Shown here: positions 34,450 through 43,375 of the stretch, one piece after another
Numbering within the stretch: the stretch's first letter is position 1
Layout of the letters: every line of letters starts with the position of its first letter
DNA from: Myxococcota bacterium
GTDB lineage: Bacteria; Myxococcota_A; UBA796; SXON01
NCBI GenBank assembly: GCA_040386535.1
Contig: JAZKFH010000013.1
Location: 32,001 to 96,000 of the forward strand
Length of the DNA: 64,000 bases
Direction: 5' to 3'
Position numbers and translations under genes: made by a program
Notes under the pieces: model-generated
Database searches by the model: none
What the model saw: only the letters and a program-made list of their open reading frames with translations
What the model was told of the DNA's origin: nothing

Positions 34450-36372
34450 TCACGGCAGGCTCCCCGGCCGCGCCCGCCCGCTCACGAGCGCCTCGGCGCC
34501 GAGCAGCGCGCAGCCGATGTGCTGCACGGCGTCGATCTGCACGTCGAGCGCGCCCACGGTGTCGCGAAAGCCGCCCAGCAGCGCCTCGGGCCGGCCGAGC
34601 AGCGGCGCGTCGGCGGCGCGGTACTGCGCGGCCAGGAACACGCGGCCCCACGCCACCGCGGCCTCCACGAGCTCGGGATCGCGGGTGTCCCAGGCCTGCG
34701 CGATCACCGCTTCGGCGCCCCCCGCGCCCGGCCCGGTGGCGGGCCCGATCCCACCCCCGGCGGTGGGCGCGCCCCACCGCTCCGTCGCGACGTAGGCGGC
34801 GCAGATCCCGCTGCCCGCGGACACCCCCCGCACGTCTCGGATCGCGCGGGCGGCGAGGCAGGTCCAGTGTTCGTCGCCGGTCGCCGCGGGGTTCGCGGAG
34901 CCCATGTAGTCGCCCGACTCGAGGTACCGGATGGCGCGATCGAGCGCGGCCTTGCCCTCGGTGCGGCCCACCCGTTCGGCGGCCGCGAGCGCGAGCATGG
35001 CCTGCCCCTGCCCGTAGGCGTTCGCGTGCTGGTCGGGGAACGTGCCGTCCGAGACCCGCATGTCGCCGCGCACCTTGCCGGTGGCGTCCACCGACGCCGC
35101 GAGCTGGCGCACGTACGCGAGGAGGAGGGGATCGTTGGCGCGGCGCACGGTGAGGGCCAGCGTGCCGAGCGCGGTGGTGCCGATCCACGCCTTTCCGTCG
35201 TCGCGCGCGGGGTCCAGGACGTAGGCGCGGCCGTCGGCGGTGCGGCCGCTCATCGTGTCGAGGTGGGCGAGCGCGGCGTCGGCCGCGGCGGCCGCGGTCG
35301 TTTCCCCGGTGGCGGCCCAGGCGCGCGCGAGGAACCAGGCGGTGCCGGCGTGACGCGGGTAGTTGTAGCCCTGGCCGGCGTCTCCGCTGGGGCCCTTGAC
35401 GATGTAGGTGAAGCGGCCGTCCGCGGCCTGCCCGCGCGCGAGGTGCGCGACGGCGGCGTGGATGGCGGTGTCGACCGCGGCGGTGTCGAAGGTGTCGGGG
35501 CCGGGGGCCCAACCACGGTCGAGCTCGACCACGCCATCCGCCGACACGAGCGCCGAGCGCCACCGGGTGGTCGCGGCGCGCGCGGTCGGAACGAAGAACC
35601 CGGGGAGGACCTCGGCGCGCGCGAGGGAGCGCGCCAGCACCGCGGGGGACCGCGCGTCACCGGCGAGCGGAGCGTCGGTGCCGAGCCGGGCGAGGGACGC
35701 GGGGAGGTCGTGCTCGGCGATGTCGACGAGGAGCGCGTCGCGTGCGCCCGGCGCGCGGGACAGGGTTGACGGGAGGCCCTCGGTGAGCATCGCGCCCGTC
35801 AGGGTCACCGGATCGCCCGGGACGCCCGCCCGCAGGGGGGTGACGCGGACCTGCGCGTCCGCGGCGAGCGGGAGGGACGCGAGCGTGTCGGCCTTGGACC
35901 ACCGGCCCCACAAGCCCTGCGCCACGTCCGCGACGCGGTCGCTGTCGGGGTGGGTGGGGGAGGGGAGGAAGCCACCGAGCCCGGGCAGGAGCGCGAGCGG
36001 GACCACCGCCGCCACCTTGCCGACGCCGGCCGCCCGCGTCTGCCACAGCCGGGTCAGCGGGAAGGCGAGCACCCACGGCAGCGCCAGGACCGAGCCACCG
36101 AGCAGGTTGAGCGCCTGCTGCCCCGTCATCGGGCCGAACACGCGCTCCACGTGGAGGGCCACCGCCGCGAAGCGCCCGTACACGCCGAGCACCAGCACGA
36201 GGGTGACGAGGTGGATCCACGGCTCCCACCGGGGGCGCCGCGCGAGGCCGAGCAGTTGGACGCCCGCCGCCGCCGCGATCAGCCCCGCGTCTACGCTCCA
36301 GCGGTGCGAGAGCTCCCAGGCAGCGCCCGCGTAGACGACCGCCTGGAGCAGGTGCAGGAGCGAGAGCATCAT
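34450..36372 (-). CDS. Hypothetical membrane protein with probable C-terminal alpha/alpha-toroid domain
   Basis: About five N-terminal TM segments; GRFTY…YNYPRHAGT, DEHW, QIDAVQH motifs. Confidence 0.7.
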   Translation of the reverse strand: MMLSLLHLLQAVVYAGAAWELSHRWSVDAGLIAAAAGVQLLGLARRPRWEPWIHLVTLVLVLGVYGRFAAVALHVERVFGPMTGQQALNLLGGSVLALPWVLAFPLTRLWQTRAAGVGKVAAVVPLALLPGLGGFLPSPTHPDSDRVADVAQGLWGRWSKADTLASLPLAADAQVRVTPLRAGVPGDPVTLTGAMLTEGLPSTLSRAPGARDALLVDIAEHDLPASLARLGTDAPLAGDARSPAVLARSLARAEVLPGFFVPTARAATTRWRSALVSADGVVELDRGWAPGPDTFDTAAVDTAIHAAVAHLARGQAADGRFTYIVKGPSGDAGQGYNYPRHAGTAWFLARAWAATGETTAAAAADAALAHLDTMSGRTADGRAYVLDPARDDGKAWIGTTALGTLALTVRRANDPLLLAYVRQLAASVDATGKVRGDMRVSDGTFPDQHANAYGQGQAMLALAAAERVGRTEGKAALDRAIRYLESGDYMGSANPAATGDEHWTCLAARAIRDVRGVSAGSGICAAYVATERWGAPTAGGGIGPATGPGAGGAEAVIAQAWDTRDPELVEAAVAWGRVFLAAQYRAADAPLLGRPEALLGGFRDTVGALDVQIDAVQHIGCALLGAEALVSGRARPGSLP

Positions 36373-36379
36373 CCGCGGA

Positions 36380-38371
36380 TCAGAACTCGAAGACCGTGCC
36401 CGCGGAGATCTGCGGGATGACCCCGAAGTTCTCGACGTCCTTCTGCATCTGGTCGAACTTCTCGCCCCAGATGATGCCGACGGACAGGTTCAGGTTCAGC
36501 CCGAAGTTGTCGGCCACCATGAAGTCGGCCCCGGCGCGGCCGCGCGCGCCGAGCGCGAGATCGAAGGTCTTGGTGTAGGGCGTGAGGGTCAGGTCGAGCC
36601 CGCCGTACGGCCGCACCGCGTTCTTCGAGCTCTTGTAGAGCACCCCGAGGTTGATCGGCAGGATGGTCTGCCAGGGGTTCGGGTCGATCTCGCTCGCGTC
36701 GACACCCTGCTCGATCGCCAGCTGCTCGACGACCTTGTCCGAGTACTGGCGCTGGGTCGAGAACCCTTCGATGCCGGCGATGATCTGCACCACCGGCGCC
36801 ACCGGGATGGAGAGCTCGGCGCCGTAGGTCACGAAGTTGAACTCGAAGAAGCGCGAGTAGCCGCCGCGCGCGGCGAGGCCGATGCCGGGCTTCTGGTCCT
36901 CCTGCTCGATGCGGGTGCTGGAGCGGCTGCTGCTGCCGCGGCCGCTGTCCAAACTGGAGCGGCTCGACGCGCCCGAGGTGCTGGAGCGGCTGCTCGACGA
37001 GCGGCTGGCCGAGCTGGAGCGAGACGGGCGCTCGTCCTCGTCCTCGTCGAAGTCGCGGGAGCGGGACATGGAGGCGGGCTCGTCTTCCTCATCCTCGTCG
37101 AATTCGCGCGCGGCCTCTTCCTCCTCCTCATCGAGGCTGGCGAGCTCGGCGTCCTCCTCCTCGGGCTCGTCGAGATCCCGGGATGCGGTGCGGCTGGACG
37201 AGCTGGTCGACCGGGACGACGAGCTGGAGCGGCTCGCGACGGGCGCGGGCGCTTCCTCCTCTTCTTCCTCCTCGGTCCCTTCGGTCTCCATCTCCATCAG
37301 GCCCACCGAGGAGCCGAACGAGAAGTCCTCGTCGTCACCGGAGGCGGTCGCTTCCGGCTCCTCCTCCTCTTCGGCGGCCTCGGCGGCCTCCGCGGCGTCC
37401 CGCGCACGACGCGCCGCCTCGGCCTTCTCCCGGGCAGCCTGGCGCGCCGCCTCTTCGGCCTCTTCCTCTTCGCGGGCAAGGCGCTCGGCGTCCTCACGGG
37501 CGCGGCGCTCCGCGTCGGCCTTCGCCTTCGCCTTGGCCTCGGCCTCCGCCTTGGCCTTCGCGCGCGCTTCGGCTTCCGCCTTGGCGGCCGCGTCGGCCTT
37601 GGCCTTCGCGGCGGCATCGGACCTCGCCTTGGCGGCGGCGGCGGCCTTGGCTTCGGCCGCGTCAGCCTCGCTCGTGTCGTCGGACTCGGAGTCCTCCTCG
37701 TCGTCCGAGAGCTCGCGCGGCTTGGAGTTCGAGGTGGTGTCGATGCGCGTCTTGGTGACGGGGCCGTCGGTCGAGCCCGACTTCGAGGTCGACGTGGTCG
37801 ACTTCGACTTCGAGGGGGCCGGCGCGTCGTCCTCTTCGAACGCGAAGCCGTCGTCCTCGTCCTCCTCGAAGGAGGGGAGCGGCGCGGCGGCGGCGGCGGT
37901 GGCCGCGGGCGTCTGGCCGGACACCATCTGCTTCACCCACTTGCCGGCGTTGTCGGCGAGCGAGGCCGGATCACCCGGCACGTCGAACGTGGCCTTGCTC
38001 CGGATGGTGTTCTTGCCTGCGTCGTAGAGGACCAGGGACACCAGGATGCCCTTGCCGCCCGGCGCGATGCTGCCGGTGAGCACGGAGTCCACGCCGGCGC
38101 TCTTGGCGATCGCGCCGAGGCAGCTGGTCGACGTCAGGCACTTGTCGTTGAGGGTCGACGGGGCTGCGGGCAGCTCCGTCACCGTCTCGAACGCGCCCGA
38201 GAAGTCGAGCTCGGAGCTCAACAACCCGGTGACGGCGCCGGTCACCTTGGCGTCTACACCTTTGGCGACCAGCGGGGTGACCACGGCGGTGGCAGCCGAC
38301 GCGAAGCCGGGCGCGAACAGCGCGAGGAGGAGGGGAGCGATGCGGGAGGCGCGGGGAGCGCGGCGCGACAT
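36380..38371 (-). CDS. Secreted protein: N-terminal alpha/beta domain, long acidic and TolA-like helical linker, C-terminal outer-membrane beta-barrel
   Basis: Signal peptide ending ASA; AKAKAEAEAKAKA runs; Glu/Asp/Ser tracts; RPYGGLD…GADF…ISAGTVFEF. Confidence 0.8.
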   Translation of the reverse strand: MSRRAPRASRIAPLLLALFAPGFASAATAVVTPLVAKGVDAKVTGAVTGLLSSELDFSGAFETVTELPAAPSTLNDKCLTSTSCLGAIAKSAGVDSVLTGSIAPGGKGILVSLVLYDAGKNTIRSKATFDVPGDPASLADNAGKWVKQMVSGQTPAATAAAAAPLPSFEEDEDDGFAFEEDDAPAPSKSKSTTSTSKSGSTDGPVTKTRIDTTSNSKPRELSDDEEDSESDDTSEADAAEAKAAAAAKARSDAAAKAKADAAAKAEAEARAKAKAEAEAKAKAKADAERRAREDAERLAREEEEAEEAARQAAREKAEAARRARDAAEAAEAAEEEEEPEATASGDDEDFSFGSSVGLMEMETEGTEEEEEEEAPAPVASRSSSSSRSTSSSSRTASRDLDEPEEEDAELASLDEEEEEAAREFDEDEEDEPASMSRSRDFDEDEDERPSRSSSASRSSSSRSSTSGASSRSSLDSGRGSSSRSSTRIEQEDQKPGIGLAARGGYSRFFEFNFVTYGAELSIPVAPVVQIIAGIEGFSTQRQYSDKVVEQLAIEQGVDASEIDPNPWQTILPINLGVLYKSSKNAVRPYGGLDLTLTPYTKTFDLALGARGRAGADFMVADNFGLNLNLSVGIIWGEKFDQMQKDVENFGVIPQISAGTVFEF

Positions 38372-38522
38372 GGGAACCTCGAAGCCCGGAAAGGCCCAAC
38401 CCTGGGCTGGGACAAACGATAAGCATGCCACAGTCGGGCAGACAATGCACGACCCAGCTACACCTACTTCAGGGCCGCCTACTTCAGTGGAACCGCTCGT
38501 GCAAAAGGCATAAGGGGCCCCG

Positions 38523-40454
38523 ATGAACGAGCAGCCCCCCCGCCGGCTTACGGGCCTCGCGATCCTCGGCGCCGCGGCGGGCGCGGGCGCCCTCTTCGGC
38601 GGCGCCGAGGCCGCGCGTGTCGTCGTCGGCGAGCGCCTCCTGCTCGGCGACATCGAGGTCGTGGCGCTGCTCGGCCTCGGCGCGCTCGGCGGCGCCGCGC
38701 TCTCCGGGCTGGGCGCCCTCCCGCTCGCGGCCCTCCAGGTGTGGGTCCTCCCCCCGCGCCCGCTCGGTCGCGCCCGCTGGCTCGGCTTCGTCTGGGGGTT
38801 TCTCGTGCCGATCGTCGGCGCGGCCGGCGTCTCCTGGTTCACCGACCCGCCGCCCTTCACCGAGCCGTACCCGTTCCAGGGCAACATCGCGGTGTTCGCC
38901 GCGCTGATCCTCGTGGTCGGCGTGCTCTTCGGCGTCGTGTACCAGGGCGCGCGCGGGGCCCGCGCCGTCTCAGGCGCCGCGCTCTCGCTCGCGGTGGGTG
39001 TCGCCGCGTGGGTGTACGCCGCGGTGGATCCGCCCCCGGCCCCGTCCAAGGCGCTCCCGGCGGGCGCACCCAACGTCCTGCTCGTCACGTTGGACACGAC
39101 GCGGGCCGACCGCGTGGGCGCCTACGGGAACGACACCGTGCAGACCCGCGCGTTCGACGCGCTCGCGGCCGAGGGAGCCTTGTTCACCGCCGCCTCCGCC
39201 GTCGCGCCGGTCACCGGCCCGAGCCACGCGAGCATGCTCACGGGGCGCGGCCCGTGGGACCACGGCGTCCTGCTCAACGGCGTGCCGCTCCCTGAGGCGC
39301 CGCTCCTGGCCGAGCTCCTGCACGACCGCGGCTACGCCACCGGCGCCTTCGTGAGCGCCTACGTGCTCGACGGCGAGCTCGGCTTCGCGCGCGGCTTCGA
39401 GGTGTACGACGACGACTTCGGGTGGCTCCCCGGCGTCAGCGCGCTCCTGCCCGCGCGCCTCCTCGCCATGGCCCGCCGCCACGCCGATCCCGACGAGGTG
39501 CTCGAGCGCCGCGGCGCCGACACGGTCGACCAGGCGCTCGCGTGGATGGGCCAGCGCGGCGCTCCCGACGGTGGTGGCGCCTGGTTCTTGTGGGTCCACC
39601 TCTTCGATCCGCACGGGCCCTACGCGCCGCCGCCCCCGTACGACACGCTCTACTACCAGGGCGACGCGCGGGACCCCGCCAACACCTCGATGGCGCCCGT
39701 GCAGAACGTGGCGCCCTACCTGAAGAAGAGCCTCGCGGGCGTCACCGATCTGAAGTACGTGCTCGCGCAGTACGACGGCGAGGTGTCCTACGCGGACGCC
39801 CAGCTGGCGCGGCTGCTCGCGGCGGTGGACGAGCAGAACACGCTCGTGGCCGTGATGGGCGACCACGGCGAGTCCTTCGGCGAGCACGGTGTCTGGTTCA
39901 ACCACGGGGATGACGTGTACGAGTCCAGCGTGCACGTGCCCTTCGTGTTGCGGTGGCCCGGCCGGGTGCCGGTCACCCGGGTCAGCAGCCCCGTCGAGGG
40001 CACGGATCTGACGCCGACGATCCTCGATCTCGTGGGGATCCCCGCCGTCGCGGGCATGACCGGGCAGAGCGTGGTCCCGACGATGGCGGGCGGCGCCGGC
40101 CGGGCCATGGCCCACGCGATGTGTTTCGACCGTGTCGCCAACCTCGCGGCGCGGCAGGCGGGCACGATCACCGGGCCGAAGTACCGCATGGCCAGCCTCC
40201 GGGGGCCGGCGAGCCGGTTCGTGGCCCGCGAGGTCGACGGGACCGCCTCCTACTTCGACCTCGCCGCCGATCCGCTCGGCGTGGCCGACGTGCGCGGCAC
40301 CGTCGCCACCTCCCCCGAGGGCGGCGAGCTCCTCTCCCTGCTCCAGGACCGGGCGAACGCATTGTTCACCGGCAGCGACACCTCCCGCAGCGCCGTCGAT
40401 CTCGCCGAAGAGGAGCGTTTGCGCCTCGAGGCGCTCGGCTACATGGAGCAATAG
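38523..40454 (+). CDS. Membrane-anchored sulfatase-like hydrolase/transferase
   Basis: Several N-terminal TMs; PNVLLVTLDTTRAD, TGPSHASMLTG, WVHLFDPHGPY, GDHGE, LEALGY. Confidence 0.9.
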   Translation: MNEQPPRRLTGLAILGAAAGAGALFGGAEAARVVVGERLLLGDIEVVALLGLGALGGAALSGLGALPLAALQVWVLPPRPLGRARWLGFVWGFLVPIVGAAGVSWFTDPPPFTEPYPFQGNIAVFAALILVVGVLFGVVYQGARGARAVSGAALSLAVGVAAWVYAAVDPPPAPSKALPAGAPNVLLVTLDTTRADRVGAYGNDTVQTRAFDALAAEGALFTAASAVAPVTGPSHASMLTGRGPWDHGVLLNGVPLPEAPLLAELLHDRGYATGAFVSAYVLDGELGFARGFEVYDDDFGWLPGVSALLPARLLAMARRHADPDEVLERRGADTVDQALAWMGQRGAPDGGGAWFLWVHLFDPHGPYAPPPPYDTLYYQGDARDPANTSMAPVQNVAPYLKKSLAGVTDLKYVLAQYDGEVSYADAQLARLLAAVDEQNTLVAVMGDHGESFGEHGVWFNHGDDVYESSVHVPFVLRWPGRVPVTRVSSPVEGTDLTPTILDLVGIPAVAGMTGQSVVPTMAGGAGRAMAHAMCFDRVANLAARQAGTITGPKYRMASLRGPASRFVAREVDGTASYFDLAADPLGVADVRGTVATSPEGGELLSLLQDRANALFTGSDTSRSAVDLAEEERLRLEALGYMEQ

Positions 40455-41372
40455 GTGGTCGTCGGCGAATCCCGCGGGAAGGACCTGTATCGGCGCGTGG
40501 TGTGGGGCCCGTGGCGCGAGGCGTTGGAGCGCGGCCCGTTCGGCTTCGAGTACGTCGCCAATCGGCAACTCGGGCTCGTGGCAGGGCGGTTCTCCGGCGG
40601 GACGCGCGCGCACGTCGAGGCCAACCTTCGCCGCGCGTTTCCGACCCGCACCGATCTCGGGCGGGTGGCCCGCCGCACGTTCGGCGCCCATTTCGTCAAC
40701 CAGTACGCGAGCTTCGCGTTCGGCCGCATCACCGCCGACAACTGGCGCCGGTACCTCGTGTGGGAGGGCCTCGAGCACGTCGAGGCCGCGCGCGCCGCGG
40801 GGGAGGGCCTCGTGCTCGTGCACCCGCACATGGGCCCCGCGCAGCTCCCCCTCTGCGTGCTCGGCGCCATGGGCTTTCCCGTGCACCAGGTCGGCGGCGG
40901 CGAGCCGCAGGTCGAGAAGTCGGAGGCCGGCCGTTGGGCGAGCGACCTGCGCCACACGCTCGAAGCGCGCATGCCGGTGACCCTCCACGACGGCGCCGGG
41001 TACCTCCGCAAGGTGCTCCGCGCCTTGTCGAACGGCGAGATCGTGCTCACCGCCGGTGACGGCACCGGCGGCGGCAAGGAGATCGGGCGCCGTCTCGAGC
41101 GGACCGTGCTCGGCCAGCGCATGCGCGTTCCCGTGGGCGGCTTCTGGCTCGCCTCCCGCGCCAAGGCGCGCGTCCACACCCTCCACGTCGTACCCGACGG
41201 CCTGCGCCACCGCGCCATCGTCGGCCCGCGCGTGCCCGTGCCCGCCGATCCCGACGCCGCGATGGAGGCCGGCGCCGACGCCACCGCCGCGTTCCTCGGG
41301 CGTGTACTCGCCGCGCACCCCGACGAATGGCACTTCTGGGACGCGTTCGAGCCCGGCCGGCTGCTCACATGA
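40455..41372 (+). CDS. Lipid A/lysophospholipid acyltransferase-family protein
   Basis: EGLEHVEAARAAGEGLVLVHPHMG; HPDEWHFW. Confidence 0.8.
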   Translation: MVVGESRGKDLYRRVVWGPWREALERGPFGFEYVANRQLGLVAGRFSGGTRAHVEANLRRAFPTRTDLGRVARRTFGAHFVNQYASFAFGRITADNWRRYLVWEGLEHVEAARAAGEGLVLVHPHMGPAQLPLCVLGAMGFPVHQVGGGEPQVEKSEAGRWASDLRHTLEARMPVTLHDGAGYLRKVLRALSNGEIVLTAGDGTGGGKEIGRRLERTVLGQRMRVPVGGFWLASRAKARVHTLHVVPDGLRHRAIVGPRVPVPADPDAAMEAGADATAAFLGRVLAAHPDEWHFWDAFEPGRLLT

Positions 41373-43375
41373 CGCGCAAGCCACGGGCGCGGGGGAAGCC
41401 GTTGGGATCTGTTTCTGGGGGCGGGGGCTCCGCCCCCGCAACGCCCCGGATGCACGGGTCGTCGGGCGCGGGGCACGGCGCCGAAGAACCGCGGTCAGGG
41501 CCCGGCCCGGTCCCCCCCAAGGGGGCCCCACCGGTCCACCCTGCCCGCACGGCGGCGAGCCCCACGCCCTCTGACCCCGTTGCATCTGGGCGTCGGGGAG
41601 CCTCTCGCGGAGGGGCGCCGAAAGCCGTGTCCCGGGACCCACGGCCCGACCCAAATTCGAGCCCTACGGCGCCGTCGAGCAGCACCGGCTCCGGGGGCGT
41701 TGCGGGGGGCCGGGCCCCCCGCCCCAAGAACATCAAGTCGGGGCGCACACGCGCCTGGATCGCCCGGTTGCTCGGCGGTGTCGTGCTCCTCGGGGCGCTG
41801 GGTGTCACTTGGGCGGACGCGCACAATCCCTTTTTCAACGACCTCGGCGTCGCGATGGTCGGCGGTGCGTTCCTCGCCTTCTTCCTCCGCGACCGGGTGG
41901 CCCGGATGCTCGTCGTGTCCGCGACGGTGCTCTGGGGGGTGAGCGGGTTCTCTCCGCGCGGGCCGGTGCAGGCGCGGGTGGTCGTCCTCGGCGTGGACGG
42001 CGCGACGTTCGACGTCATCGACCGCCTCGGGCTCCCCAACTTCCAGGCGCTCGCGCGGGACGGCACGCGCGCGACGCTCACGTCGATGGAGCCGATGTTC
42101 TCGCCGTTGTTGTGGACCACGATCGCGAGCGGGCGGCCCCCCGCGGAGCACGGCGTGCGCGGCTTCCACGTGGCGTCGACCGACTGCGACGTGGCGCGGT
42201 TCTGGGACATCGCGGAGGACCGCGGTCACCGCGTGGGGCTCTACAAGTGGCTCGTGGACTACCCGCCGCGCGAGGTCGCGGGCTTCTGGGTGCCGTCGTG
42301 GCTCGCCCCCGGGCCGGAGACCTGGCCGGAGGACCTCTCCTACGTCAAGGAGCTCGAGCTCTCGAAGCGGCTCCGTCGTAAGCAGGTTGCCGCACGGCAC
42401 GACACGCCCGAGCTGGTGTGGGGGCTCGTGGGCGCCGGCGTGCGGCTCTCCACGCTCGTGCGGGCGGCGGCGTGGTCGGCCGAGGAGCGGGTGCTCCACC
42501 CGAAGCCGGCGCGCGCCAACCTCGTGATGCAGACGATGCGCGGCCGCATCGACCGCGACGTGTTCGTGGCGCAGCTCCACGCCCGCGATCCCGCGCTCGC
42601 CACGTTCACCTACTTCGCGACCGACGGCCTCGCGCACCTCTACTGGGACCAGCCCGAGATCGTCGAGGCGGCGTATCGGCAAGCCGACGAGATCCTCGGC
42701 GACATCCGCGCGCAGCTCGGCCCGGATGCGCGGCTGATCGTCGTGAGTGACCACGGCTTCAAGGCCATGGACGGCACCGGCCTGGCCGGCCAGTTCGCGC
42801 CCCTCACCGAGCGGCTCCGCGCGCGGTTTTCAGCCGAGATCGCCGTCGCCGACGTGACGAAGGTGGGGCACAAGCTCACGGTCGGCCTCGAGGATCCCGC
42901 GCAGCAGACGCGCGCCGTGGCGTGGCTCTCGGCGCTGCGGGACGCCGCGGGCGAGCCCTTCTACCGGGTGGAGGACCTCGGCGGCGGCGCCATCGGGCTC
43001 ACGTTGGCCGACGAGCAGATCACCGCCGAGCGGCTCGCGCGCGACACGGTCGGGGGCGAGCCCGTCACCGACTACGTCAAGCTCACGGACGCCTACACCG
43101 GCACCCACGAGGGGCGCGGCATCTTCTACGCGGTCGGCGGGGGCGTGCCCGCGGGCGTGACCCTCGACGCGCTGGATCTGGTCGACGTCGCGCCCACCGT
43201 GCTCGCGGCGCTCGGCATCCCCGCGTCCGTCGAGATGGCGGGCGCCGCGGCGGTGTTCCCCGAGGTGACGCCTCGGGTCGCGGACTGGGATCACGTCCTG
43301 GCCAACCTGAAGTGGCTCGGCGGCGAGGACGGTCAGAACGAGGAGGCGCTCAAGGCGCTCGGGTACGTCGAGTAG
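41369..43375 (+). CDS. Alkaline-phosphatase-superfamily (nucleotide pyrophosphatase-like) membrane protein with repeat-derived N-terminal extension
   Basis: ATGA coupling; VVLGVDGAT, SPLLWTTIASG, VSDHGF, GTH, DVAPTVL, LKALGY. Confidence 0.85.
   Translation: MTRKPRARGKPLGSVSGGGGSAPATPRMHGSSGAGHGAEEPRSGPGPVPPKGAPPVHPARTAASPTPSDPVASGRRGASRGGAPKAVSRDPRPDPNSSPTAPSSSTGSGGVAGGRAPRPKNIKSGRTRAWIARLLGGVVLLGALGVTWADAHNPFFNDLGVAMVGGAFLAFFLRDRVARMLVVSATVLWGVSGFSPRGPVQARVVVLGVDGATFDVIDRLGLPNFQALARDGTRATLTSMEPMFSPLLWTTIASGRPPAEHGVRGFHVASTDCDVARFWDIAEDRGHRVGLYKWLVDYPPREVAGFWVPSWLAPGPETWPEDLSYVKELELSKRLRRKQVAARHDTPELVWGLVGAGVRLSTLVRAAAWSAEERVLHPKPARANLVMQTMRGRIDRDVFVAQLHARDPALATFTYFATDGLAHLYWDQPEIVEAAYRQADEILGDIRAQLGPDARLIVVSDHGFKAMDGTGLAGQFAPLTERLRARFSAEIAVADVTKVGHKLTVGLEDPAQQTRAVAWLSALRDAAGEPFYRVEDLGGGAIGLTLADEQITAERLARDTVGGEPVTDYVKLTDAYTGTHEGRGIFYAVGGGVPAGVTLDALDLVDVAPTVLAALGIPASVEMAGAAAVFPEVTPRVADWDHVLANLKWLGGEDGQNEEALKALGYVE
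41415..41728. repeat. Composite repeat: inverted family A copies (41415-41450 and 41690-41728) flanking a family B copy (41480-41558)
   Basis: Direct comparison with copies at 10989, 19351, 15822 and 17255. Confidence 0.75.

Noticed and set aside
38415..38430. Sigma54 promoter (TGGCATGCTTATCGT on the minus strand)
   Set aside because: The -12 position reads GT rather than GC, so support is insufficient.
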